Virus record (IMG/VR): IMGVR_UViG_3300042482_000702
Coordinates: 124,001-188,000 of that record
Strand: one strand, 5' to 3'
Length of the DNA stretch: 64,000 nucleotides
The position numbers and the translations under genes are program-made. Position 1 is the stretch's first letter. Each line of letters starts with the position of its first letter. Positions 39,486 to 48,405 of this stretch are shown here, one piece after another. The notes under the pieces were generated by a model. It had not been told where the DNA came from. It ran no database searches and saw only the letters and a program-made list of their open reading frames with translations.

Positions 39486-41261
39486 TTGGAAAACAATATA
39501 CCTGAAAATTCTAATTTAACAGTAGAACAACGAGCAATATCTCTTCTTGAAACTTATCAAGGGGCAAACAACTACATCCTAAAATTAAAATTTCAAAAGG
39601 AAACAAATAAAAGATTCTTCCCCACAAGAGCTCAATCGGACTATATAATAAATTATCACGAAGTGACTCCAAAGGTTGCTAAAAGATGGGTTGATTTAGA
39701 CCCGTACTTCGCCAAAAAAATTGCTGACGAAAAATTATTACTTACAATTCCTGAACAAATATGGGTGGAAAAGTTGTTAGTTGAGAAAGAAAAATCATAT
39801 CATGTTTGGGGTAAAGTTCTATCCGGTGAAACTATCCACGATTTTTGGTTACCAAAAGGTGCGTTAATTAAAACACATACTATTAAAGATGTTGTTGTTG
39901 ATTATGATAAATACTCTAATCGTCCACCACTTGAACATCAAAAACTTGCAATTGAGAAACTTGCCGGGTCTAAAAGATTTATTTTAGCTGATGATATGGG
40001 ACTTGGTAAAACCACGGCAACGATTATTGCGGCTTTAGAGACGGGAGCAAAGAAAATATTAATTGTTTGTCCGGCATCTTTAAAGATTAACTGGCAGAGA
40101 GAGATTGAGAACTATACCGACAGAAGTGTTTATATCTCTGAAGGTAAGAATTTCTCAATAGAACACGATTTTGTTATTGTTAATTACGATATTCTTAAAA
40201 ACTTTTATGATTTAAAAAATAAAGACAATTCTTTAATCACTCAAGGAAATTTTGATTTAATTATCTTGGATGAAGCGCATTATGTGAGTAATGGACAAGC
40301 CGCGAGAACCAAACTTGTTAATAGTTTTTCTAAAAATTGTGAAAGAGTGTGGTTGTTAACGGGGACACCTATGACAAATCGTCCGATGAATTATTTTAAT
40401 TTATTATCTCTTATTGAGAGTCCTGTTTCACAAAATTGGATGGCTTACGCTATTAGATATTGTCAAGGTTATCAATTTATGGCGGGGAAAAGAAAAATAT
40501 GGAATGTTTCGGGAGCATCAAATTTAGAAGAATTAAGAGACAGAACATCAAGGCAAGTATTGAGAAGATTAAAGACTGAAGTTTTAGATTTACCTGAAAA
40601 AATTATTACACCAATTTATTTAAGATTAAAATCAAAACTTTATGAAGGGTTGATGGGAGAATACTATGATTGGTATAATAAAAACCCTGACGAATCAACA
40701 TCGCTTACCGTTCAGTTCAGTAAGTTAATGAAAGTTCGTCAAGTGATTGCCGAAGAAAAAGTTAAGGACACAATAGAATTAGCTGAAAATATTTTGGAAC
40801 AAGATAAAAAAGTTATCATCTTCACCAATTTTACTGAAACATTAAATCAAATTGCTGACCATTTTGGTAAACAAGCGGTTAAATTAGACGGCTCAACATC
40901 AAAACCTCAACGACAATATGCTGTTGACCAATTCCAAGATAATGAGAAAATTAAAGTGTTTGTTGGGAATGTTAAGGCTGCCGGTGTAGGAATTACTTTA
41001 ACCGCCGCTGAAGCTGTAATCATTAATGACCTATCTTTTGTTCCGGGAGACCTAGCTCAAGCAGAAGATAGAGCATACAGATATGGACAAAAAAATTCGG
41101 TATCAGTTTATTACCCAATATTCGATAATAGTATAGAAGGAATCATTTATGATATGGTAAATCATAAGAAACAAAATATTGGAACCGTAATGGGTGATAA
41201 TATAGAAGAGAAGGGTGATTTCATCGGAGAACTTATGAATAAAATTAACAACCGAGGTTAA
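39486..41261 (+). CDS. SNF2-family (SMARCAL1/HARP-like) helicase
   Basis: LADDMGLGKT, CPASL, DEAH, TGTP, RRLK, GITLT, QAEDRAYRYGQ. TTG start with TTGATA-17-TATATT upstream. Confidence 0.93.
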   Translation: MENNIPENSNLTVEQRAISLLETYQGANNYILKLKFQKETNKRFFPTRAQSDYIINYHEVTPKVAKRWVDLDPYFAKKIADEKLLLTIPEQIWVEKLLVEKEKSYHVWGKVLSGETIHDFWLPKGALIKTHTIKDVVVDYDKYSNRPPLEHQKLAIEKLAGSKRFILADDMGLGKTTATIIAALETGAKKILIVCPASLKINWQREIENYTDRSVYISEGKNFSIEHDFVIVNYDILKNFYDLKNKDNSLITQGNFDLIILDEAHYVSNGQAARTKLVNSFSKNCERVWLLTGTPMTNRPMNYFNLLSLIESPVSQNWMAYAIRYCQGYQFMAGKRKIWNVSGASNLEELRDRTSRQVLRRLKTEVLDLPEKIITPIYLRLKSKLYEGLMGEYYDWYNKNPDESTSLTVQFSKLMKVRQVIAEEKVKDTIELAENILEQDKKVIIFTNFTETLNQIADHFGKQAVKLDGSTSKPQRQYAVDQFQDNEKIKVFVGNVKAAGVGITLTAAEAVIINDLSFVPGDLAQAEDRAYRYGQKNSVSVYYPIFDNSIEGIIYDMVNHKKQNIGTVMGDNIEEKGDFIGELMNKINNRG

Positions 41262-41303
41262 TTCAGTTGTTAAGATATTTATAAGAATAACAAAATAAGC
41301 CAA

Positions 41304-42842
41304 ATGAAAAAGATTGAAAAAAAAATCAATCTCATAACAGAAGAACTAAAAAAAGTTGAAACCCACGAAAATCAACAAATGTTCATTAATGAGATGAAAA
41401 AAATAGGGATAGAAAAATTACCCTACGCCTATTCAGCACTAAAACAATTTATTGATGCTGAAACAATGGATTACCATTACAATAAACACTATAAAGGATA
41501 TGTTGATAAACTAAATTCCGCTCTTAAAAAGAAAGATTATGGTGATTTAGAATTAGAAGAAATTATTAAATCAATAAGTAGATTTGATAAGACAATTAGG
41601 AACAATGCCGGAGGAGCCTTTAACCACGCATTGTTTTGGAAAATGTTAACTCCAAAAAAACAAACACCAAATGGTGAAATTATTAGGCAAATTAAAAAAG
41701 ATTTTACTACCTTTGTCAAGTTTAAAAATAAGTTTGAGGAAATTGCTCAAGAAAAATTTGGTTCAGGTTGGGTTTGGTTAGTTTTAACAAAACGAAATAC
41801 CTTAAAAATCGTAACCACAGAAAATCAAGACAATCCTCTTATGAATGTTATAGATGATGGTGGTTATCCAATACTAGGATTAGATTTATGGGAACACGCA
41901 TATTATTTAAAATATAGAAACAAAAAAAATGACTATGTTAAGAATTTTTGGAAATGTGTTAATTGGGAATTTGTTAATAAACTATATACAATGAGAATTG
42001 AAACTAAATTAAATGAAAGTTTAAATTTTAAGTCTGTTATTTCTGAAGGTAAGTCTGAAAGATGTGGTAGAGAAGAGAACGAAGCTATTCGTATGGTTTT
42101 TAATATTAACCCAAAAATTAAACAAATTTTTATGGAAGGTATTAACCACATCCTTAAAGAAGTTTTTCCGGATAACTATTATGGGTATGGTGAATACGCT
42201 AAAGGTGAAATGTCTGGTGTGTATGATTTAGAAAGAGATGGTCGTTCTGTATTAAATAAATTAAACACAAACTATAGTTGTTTCTGTGTTCTTCTTAACG
42301 ACACAAATCAAGTTTTAAAATCTACAAATTTACCTGAAATTAAAATTGTTGGTTTAAAACCATTGGAACAAATTGAAGAAACTAAAAAATTACTTATTTT
42401 CTTACACGAATATAAATTTAGAATATTCAAACAAACCTCCGCAACATTTCAAAACATTATGAAAGTTTTAACCCAAACAGATACTTGGGGTCAATCTCGT
42501 GAAGATAAAACTATTGAGATTTTAAAGAAAAAATTTGGAAAAGATAATGTTAACGCCATCGGTAAATTAGGTAGTAAAGCTGATATGATTGGTGGTATAG
42601 ATTGTGAAGTTATTATTAATGGTAGAAAATTAAGTAGTCAAATTAAACCTTTTGGAAGTATTGAAACAACCGGTGAAGAAATTACTGTTATTGGTTCAGG
42701 AGCCGTTAAAAAATACTATACAGATTGGTTAATTTTCACTAGAAATAATAAAGATGTTTTAATTTTCAGAAATAAAAATTCAAAAATTGTTAATGGACAA
42801 TATGTTTTTCCTAAAGGAGATTTAATTTATTCATTAAATTGA
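41304..42842 (+). CDS. Mn/Fe superoxide dismutase fused to a C-terminal PD-(D/E)XK-like domain
   Basis: SOD ligands intact: LPY...HYNKH, NNAGGAFNHALFW, FGSGWVWL, NQDNP, DLWEHAYY. About 280 extra residues with G..RE...D...GID...QIK. Confidence 0.9.
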   Translation: MKKIEKKINLITEELKKVETHENQQMFINEMKKIGIEKLPYAYSALKQFIDAETMDYHYNKHYKGYVDKLNSALKKKDYGDLELEEIIKSISRFDKTIRNNAGGAFNHALFWKMLTPKKQTPNGEIIRQIKKDFTTFVKFKNKFEEIAQEKFGSGWVWLVLTKRNTLKIVTTENQDNPLMNVIDDGGYPILGLDLWEHAYYLKYRNKKNDYVKNFWKCVNWEFVNKLYTMRIETKLNESLNFKSVISEGKSERCGREENEAIRMVFNINPKIKQIFMEGINHILKEVFPDNYYGYGEYAKGEMSGVYDLERDGRSVLNKLNTNYSCFCVLLNDTNQVLKSTNLPEIKIVGLKPLEQIEETKKLLIFLHEYKFRIFKQTSATFQNIMKVLTQTDTWGQSREDKTIEILKKKFGKDNVNAIGKLGSKADMIGGIDCEVIINGRKLSSQIKPFGSIETTGEEITVIGSGAVKKYYTDWLIFTRNNKDVLIFRNKNSKIVNGQYVFPKGDLIYSLN

Positions 42843-42850
42843 TATTTATA
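42843..42850 (+). promoter_or_regulatory. TATTTATA putative late-promoter motif (representative plus-strand copy)
   Basis: 13 bp upstream of the neck gene ATG; orientation flips with gene strand. Confidence 0.65.
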
Positions 42851-42863
42851 AATAAAAAGAACT

Positions 42864-43976
42864 ATGTCAATAATTCCAGAACCTCAAAGAACCGCGTTAT
42901 ACACAAGAATTAAACATTTACTTGGAGCACCACTTCGTTCAATAGAAATTGAAGACGAAATGATGGATAGTTTATTAGAATTATCTATCGGTGATTATTC
43001 TCAATATGTCCAAGATTGGTTAATAGAATCTCAATGGACATCCTTATATAATCTTAATCTTGATACTCAATCATTATCAAAAGCTTTTATAACAAAAAGT
43101 TTAGATTTTGAAACGAGATACACTTATGCGTATTCTAAAATTGTTGGATTACAGGCTGGTGGAGATTGGGAACTTAAAAAAGATTACATTCAACTTGAGC
43201 GTTACCAACAAATATATGAAATTCCAGCAAATAGAGAAATTAATGAAGTTTTATGGTTTACACCTGCAGAACTTAATAATTTATTGTTTGACCCTTGGAC
43301 TTTTGGGGCTTTAGGTGCCGGTGGTTTAGGTGGTCCGGGTGGTTTTTCACAAATGGGTATGTCGGGTTCATTTTTTATGATGCCAGCGTTTGATATGTTA
43401 TTGAGAATGCAAGAAATTAATATTCAAAGAAGAATAATTGCGGGTGACTTAACATATAGAATTACAGCTCTTCCTGAAGGTAAAAAGGCATTACACTTAA
43501 TGAATACACCTGGTGGTAAATTTGACTTCGGTAATGCAACCTTAACAAGAGGTAAAGTATGGTATTGGTATTATGATGTTGGTCCGGCGGATAGGGATAA
43601 GTGTTTGAAAGCAAACCCTGATATTATTACACTTCCATCTGATGTTCCATTTGAAGAAATTTCTTGGTCTGATTTAAATAATCCTGCACAACAATGGGTT
43701 AGAAGATGGTTCACGGCGTATGTTAAACAAACATTGGCGAGAGTTAGAGGTAAATTTAGTGGAAATGTTAAAACACCGGATAGTGAATTAACTATGGATT
43801 ACGCATCATTAGCAACAGAAGGTGCTGACGAAAAATCAAAACTTGAAGAAGAATTAAAATTAAGGTTGGAGAGATTACGACCTGATAAAATGATGGAAAG
43901 GGAAGCTTTATTAGCGGAGAATTTAAATAAATCTTTGAAATTTAGAGCAATGCCAAGACAAATTTATGTAATTTAA
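42864..43976 (+). CDS. Neck / head-tail adaptor protein (gp13-like)
   Basis: RIKHLLGAP...IEIED, WVRRWFTA.VK..LARVRGKF, L..EG..EK..LEEEL. Confidence 0.7.
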   Translation: MSIIPEPQRTALYTRIKHLLGAPLRSIEIEDEMMDSLLELSIGDYSQYVQDWLIESQWTSLYNLNLDTQSLSKAFITKSLDFETRYTYAYSKIVGLQAGGDWELKKDYIQLERYQQIYEIPANREINEVLWFTPAELNNLLFDPWTFGALGAGGLGGPGGFSQMGMSGSFFMMPAFDMLLRMQEINIQRRIIAGDLTYRITALPEGKKALHLMNTPGGKFDFGNATLTRGKVWYWYYDVGPADRDKCLKANPDIITLPSDVPFEEISWSDLNNPAQQWVRRWFTAYVKQTLARVRGKFSGNVKTPDSELTMDYASLATEGADEKSKLEEELKLRLERLRPDKMMEREALLAENLNKSLKFRAMPRQIYVI

Positions 43977-43981
43977 ATAAT

Positions 43982-44341
43982 ATGATAAATTTAAATAGAC
44001 AGACAGAAAAAAAAGTTGTTGGAGATAAACGATTTTATAATGAAGTTTATGAAACTAATGCTCAAGATATAAAAAAAGTTATCACGGATGAGGTTTATAA
44101 TACTAAAGGTGAGGTTTTAATTTTAGCTAAAGGTGTTAGTGAATGTAGAATAGTTTTAGATTCAGAAACCACGGAACATATAATAATTAAAGCATTAACA
44201 AAAGTTTATATAACACCAAGCTCAAATAAAATTGATGAGTATTATGATGAAATTTTTATTGATAAAGGTGCTTGTGTTGAATTTTATTTAATTGAAGATA
44301 ATTGGTATATAGTCTCAAGTGATGGACTAAAATTAGAATAA
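43982..44341 (+). CDS. Hypothetical beta-rich protein
   Basis: 119-aa ORF ending at a terminator. Confidence 0.7.
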   Translation: MINLNRQTEKKVVGDKRFYNEVYETNAQDIKKVITDEVYNTKGEVLILAKGVSECRIVLDSETTEHIIIKALTKVYITPSSNKIDEYYDEIFIDKGACVEFYLIEDNWYIVSSDGLKLE

Positions 44342-44372
44342 AAAAAAGGTGTCGTATTCGACACCTTTTCTG
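44341..44372. terminator. Bidirectional intrinsic terminator between convergent genes
   Basis: AAAAGGTGTCG-tatt-CGACACCTTTT with A and T tracts on both sides. Confidence 0.85.
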
Positions 44373-44374
44373 TT

Positions 44375-47164
44375 TTAACTAATATGTTCTTCCCACCCTG
44401 GTTCTGCCAATTCATAAATATATTCTGAACTAACACCAACTCTATCCCAAAATTTTAATTCTAAATCGGTGATAGTTAATAAATCCTCAATCGTATCTTG
44501 GTCTTCTTCTTTATTTGGGACACCCCCAATTAATTCACATTGTGTTTTAGTGAAAAATCCTCTGTCTTCCGGATTAGCAATTAACAAACTTTCTCTTAAT
44601 TCTTTATTAAAAACAATCAATAATGGTTCCACTTTTTTATTAAATGTTGAGATTGCTCTCGGAACATTATAATCACCTGTTAAATCGGGATTGTTCTCAA
44701 TTTCTGTTTGGTCTAACATATAACAATTTAATTGTATTGTTGAGGTTGATTTATCCTCCGGTTCTTTACCATTTACAGATGTAAATAAATCTAATTCTTT
44801 TTTAGTATAATTATTTTTAGTTATTTTCTGAACATCACCGTGAGACGCCTTCAATCCATTGTTAACATAACTAATAACATCACCTAAAGAGACTTTTAAA
44901 TTATGTTTGATAGCTAATTCCATATGTGCCATTCTACTCATAAGTGAACCCGCCTTTGTTTTTTGAGTACATCGTTTTTTATAATCATCGATAGATAGTT
45001 TAACTCTCGCTCTTTGGGCGATTTGTTTTAATGGGATTTGTTGGTCAAAGATTCTTTGGTGATATTCAAAATACCACTCAATAAACTCTTGTCCTTTTCC
45101 TTCCAATAACAATTTCACACCTTTATCTAAAAACACCTCAATATATAGTGGTAATTTTTTAGATTTAATTGAGTTCCCCGTTAATTTAATTTTACCATTG
45201 GATTCCATCGTGGCGTAATTCTTTCTACTTAAATTAATACAAGAATCCCAAGTTCCATCACAATCAAGCCCCATTTCGCCTTTCATAAACAAATCGTTAT
45301 ACTCGGCAGTATCAGCGTAATACCCACGATATTCTTTACCCTCTTTAACCAACCAATTTAACCCTTTTCCGATATAAACTCTATCATCAACACCACCTTC
45401 AGGTAAACTAAAGTTAACACCGTCAGTATCAAGTACAAGAGGTGTATACCCTCTTTTAACGAAGTATTTTACCATCTGACGAAGATATTGTCGTCCGGTA
45501 CAAGTAATTCGTTCTCCACTATTCATTTCACCCCATTCATAAACATGGGGAGCTGATAATCCACCAAACATTGAGTTAATGAAGATTTTTAATGGCAATT
45601 GTTTTCTATCAAAAGATAATGATTTTTTAGAATCGATTGATTTATACTCGGAAGCTAAATTCTTATACATAATACGAGCATTACGGAAATAAGTTAACAT
45701 ACCTTTCATTCCACCCATTACATCACACTCGGGAAACACATCGTGTACCAACTGAATTGATGGATATAAGGAAGAGTAGTCAAGTTTTAATACATTGGTA
45801 GAGTACCCCACTTTAAGTAGTCTTGAAAGTCCTCCTACGAAGTCCGTCTTCTCTTCTTTAGCGGGAATAGCCAATTTATTCTTATAAGACCAAGCCAACA
45901 TAATCATTCTCCATAGAGTTGCGGTTCCCATTGTGGAAACTCTCTCATATGTTGTTGGTACCATTGATGCGAGTAGAAACGTTCCTTGGTTGAATTCATC
46001 ATCCACTGTCAACGTCTCCTCTAAATCGTCGTCAAGATATCTCTCCACAATATTATCACCTGTCACCTTTAAGTATTTTCCGGGGAATCTTGTGTCTAAA
46101 TTATTGAAATCCGGATTATCGGCTCTCTTATATTTTCCATTCTCAACATTTAACCAATATTCTTCTTTTTTAGCGTACATTGGACCAATCTCTAAATGGT
46201 CAATATAAACTCGGTCGGGAGCTTCAGCTTTAATGTATTGAGTTATGTATTTAAGACCCGCTGATTTAATACTTGAGTTAATCGCTTGAGCTCTACGAAC
46301 AGAGTGAATAATATCAATAACATTATAACCCCACAATTGAGTTTGAGAGAATCTCTCTACTTCATTAGCAAGTTTTAACATACCATCTTTTTGTCCAATA
46401 GGTCTTGCCGGGTTTAAAGATTTTGCAATCTTTTTGATATCTAAGTTAAGTGCTTTACATCTCTCAAATATCCAAAACCAGTCGAAGTTTGCTGAATTAT
46501 ATCCACCGATAATGGATGGTTTAAGTTCGTCTATAATATTGAAGAATTCTACTAACCCTTTTCTCTCTTGGTCTTCATCGGAACACTCAATAACTTTTTG
46601 GTATCCTTTATTGGTTTTAATTCCAATCATAAATATACGACCATCTTTAGGTTCTAAAGCGGTCGTCTCCAAGTCAAATCCGAGTCGGGTGATGTCGTTG
46701 TATTCTTCATACCCTTTGAATAATCTTTTTTCTCTTGAAATCAGGAATTGTTCTACCGGTGGAAGTACCGTTAATTTTCCTTTTGTTTTTTCACCCCATG
46801 GGTCAACACCACCATCTCTAAAGAATTGGATAAGTGAACGATAACCCTTCATTGATTTAACCATATATTTGAGACCTTTTTCTAATCTCTCATTACCTTT
46901 GGTTTCTAACTTCTCAATGATGATTCCGTGTTTTTTCATTGCGTCTCGTTGTTGGTCTTTGGATTTTGAATAAAAATTCAAATCCCTCAAATCACCAACC
47001 CAAGCAAATGCCGTAAATGTATCTTTTTTGATTATTTTTCCCTGACCAGGGATTTCTTTAATTTTGTAGATTGAATCTGATGCGTAATCATACTCAATAG
47101 CGACGATGTGTTCTTCAGGGTCATTCCCTTCTAGGAACGCCTTAATTTCTTCTTGTGTAACCAT
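44375..47164 (-). CDS. Family B DNA polymerase
   Basis: Exo I FDLET, Exo II YNSANFD, Exo III YLDDD; motif A LDYSSLYPS, motif B K...NSMFG, motif C DTDG. No intein seen. Confidence 0.95.
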   Translation of the reverse strand: MVTQEEIKAFLEGNDPEEHIVAIEYDYASDSIYKIKEIPGQGKIIKKDTFTAFAWVGDLRDLNFYSKSKDQQRDAMKKHGIIIEKLETKGNERLEKGLKYMVKSMKGYRSLIQFFRDGGVDPWGEKTKGKLTVLPPVEQFLISREKRLFKGYEEYNDITRLGFDLETTALEPKDGRIFMIGIKTNKGYQKVIECSDEDQERKGLVEFFNIIDELKPSIIGGYNSANFDWFWIFERCKALNLDIKKIAKSLNPARPIGQKDGMLKLANEVERFSQTQLWGYNVIDIIHSVRRAQAINSSIKSAGLKYITQYIKAEAPDRVYIDHLEIGPMYAKKEEYWLNVENGKYKRADNPDFNNLDTRFPGKYLKVTGDNIVERYLDDDLEETLTVDDEFNQGTFLLASMVPTTYERVSTMGTATLWRMIMLAWSYKNKLAIPAKEEKTDFVGGLSRLLKVGYSTNVLKLDYSSLYPSIQLVHDVFPECDVMGGMKGMLTYFRNARIMYKNLASEYKSIDSKKSLSFDRKQLPLKIFINSMFGGLSAPHVYEWGEMNSGERITCTGRQYLRQMVKYFVKRGYTPLVLDTDGVNFSLPEGGVDDRVYIGKGLNWLVKEGKEYRGYYADTAEYNDLFMKGEMGLDCDGTWDSCINLSRKNYATMESNGKIKLTGNSIKSKKLPLYIEVFLDKGVKLLLEGKGQEFIEWYFEYHQRIFDQQIPLKQIAQRARVKLSIDDYKKRCTQKTKAGSLMSRMAHMELAIKHNLKVSLGDVISYVNNGLKASHGDVQKITKNNYTKKELDLFTSVNGKEPEDKSTSTIQLNCYMLDQTEIENNPDLTGDYNVPRAISTFNKKVEPLLIVFNKELRESLLIANPEDRGFFTKTQCELIGGVPNKEEDQDTIEDLLTITDLELKFWDRVGVSSEYIYELAEPGWEEHIS

Positions 47165-47255
47165 AATTATGTTTTTTAGAATGACATATTAGCTCTGATT
47201 AATTTCAGGTTTGTCTTGTTTCTATAAATATAATTATTTAAAATAAAGAAGTCAA

Positions 47256-48359
47256 TTAGGACCTAATTTCTGTGGCAAAACAAATTTCACCTCGTTCTCT
47301 TATCAATCTTTCCATATCGGCAAATGATATATACGCGTGTCCCGATTGACCCCAAGATTGACCCCAACTATTTTTAATTCTAAATAGTCGTGTAACGGTA
47401 TTCACACCATTAATAACATAAGCGTGTCCACCGGCAATACGACCACTAATTTTAATTAAACCATTTCTATTAGGGTAAAACATTCCATTATACCAATTAG
47501 TTCCAACTACAACAGGACCTAAATTTAAAACGGAATTTATTAAAGTTGTTAAATTAAATCCCCAATAATAAGAAGAAACTTTACCAACACTTTGTAAGTA
47601 TTTAACACCTCCTCTAACTGAAGTTCCAGCGTAGTTTTCACCTACCCATTCATCAAGTTTTTGAGCGTTTTCATATATAATTCTAGGTGGTATTATTGGA
47701 GCAATTCCACTTTGAGGTACCGGACCATCTTCTAACCAATGAGCCCAAGCGTACCCAACACATTGGGGTGTATTACCTTGATTACCCCACCATCCATTAT
47801 CATCCCAATATCTGTTGGTAATTCTAACAGGTGCGGCGGTTAAAATATTATTAATTGAATATTTGTGGTCTCTTTCATCAGGAACATATTGTCTACCCAA
47901 TTGATATGTTCTATTAATACTTTCCACCAAAACTGTTGGTTCGTTAACACAACAAGGAAATTCTGAAACATAACAACTATCATAAACCAAATCATCAGCA
48001 ATGAAGGATTCCTGAACATTAATATTAAGTTTTTCTCTAATTGGTAAGATAAGTACACCATCAGAATTTCTTAACATAAACTCACCCTCATATCTACCAA
48101 CACGATTAGTGTCTTTGGATGTGAATTGGTAGTATATGTAATATTCTGGTTCGGCGTTGGGGTCCATTGAGGTTTTCTCAACAAATCCGCCCGGTCTTGA
48201 AGTAATTTTTGGTATTCCCGTTTCTACATCTACCATTGAAAAGAAAATTGACGATAACTCTATGGTTTTCATAAAATTATTGTAATCACTTCTTCCATCT
48301 TTTACGACTTGGAATTTTAAAACAGGTAAAGTCGAGTTTTTCTTAATAAAAAAATCCAT
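47256..48359 (-). CDS. BppU-like N-terminal domain fused to a papain-family (C1) cysteine peptidase
   Basis: N-term FIKKNSTLP...YQFT..DT...G.YEGEF...ILP; C-term NQGNTPQCVGYA, GPVVVG, GGHAY, IKNSWGQSWG. Confidence 0.85.
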   Translation of the reverse strand: MDFFIKKNSTLPVLKFQVVKDGRSDYNNFMKTIELSSIFFSMVDVETGIPKITSRPGGFVEKTSMDPNAEPEYYIYYQFTSKDTNRVGRYEGEFMLRNSDGVLILPIREKLNINVQESFIADDLVYDSCYVSEFPCCVNEPTVLVESINRTYQLGRQYVPDERDHKYSINNILTAAPVRITNRYWDDNGWWGNQGNTPQCVGYAWAHWLEDGPVPQSGIAPIIPPRIIYENAQKLDEWVGENYAGTSVRGGVKYLQSVGKVSSYYWGFNLTTLINSVLNLGPVVVGTNWYNGMFYPNRNGLIKISGRIAGGHAYVINGVNTVTRLFRIKNSWGQSWGQSGHAYISFADMERLIRERGEICFATEIRS

Positions 48360-48405
48360 CTATTATTTTTTATTATAAATAGTTGGATTTTTAAAAATAA
48401 ATGAT

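Noticed and set aside
8166-46844. Many short antisense ORFs in the track (e.g. 8166, 13256, 21275, 31880, 44469, 45933, 46434)
   Set aside because: Fully nested opposite well-supported genes, with no recognisable motifs or expression signals.
44375-47164. Intein or intron in DNA polymerase, and likewise in nrdA, helicase or recA
   Set aside because: Motifs are contiguous and lengths ordinary; no C/S...HN splice junctions or homing endonuclease motifs were seen.
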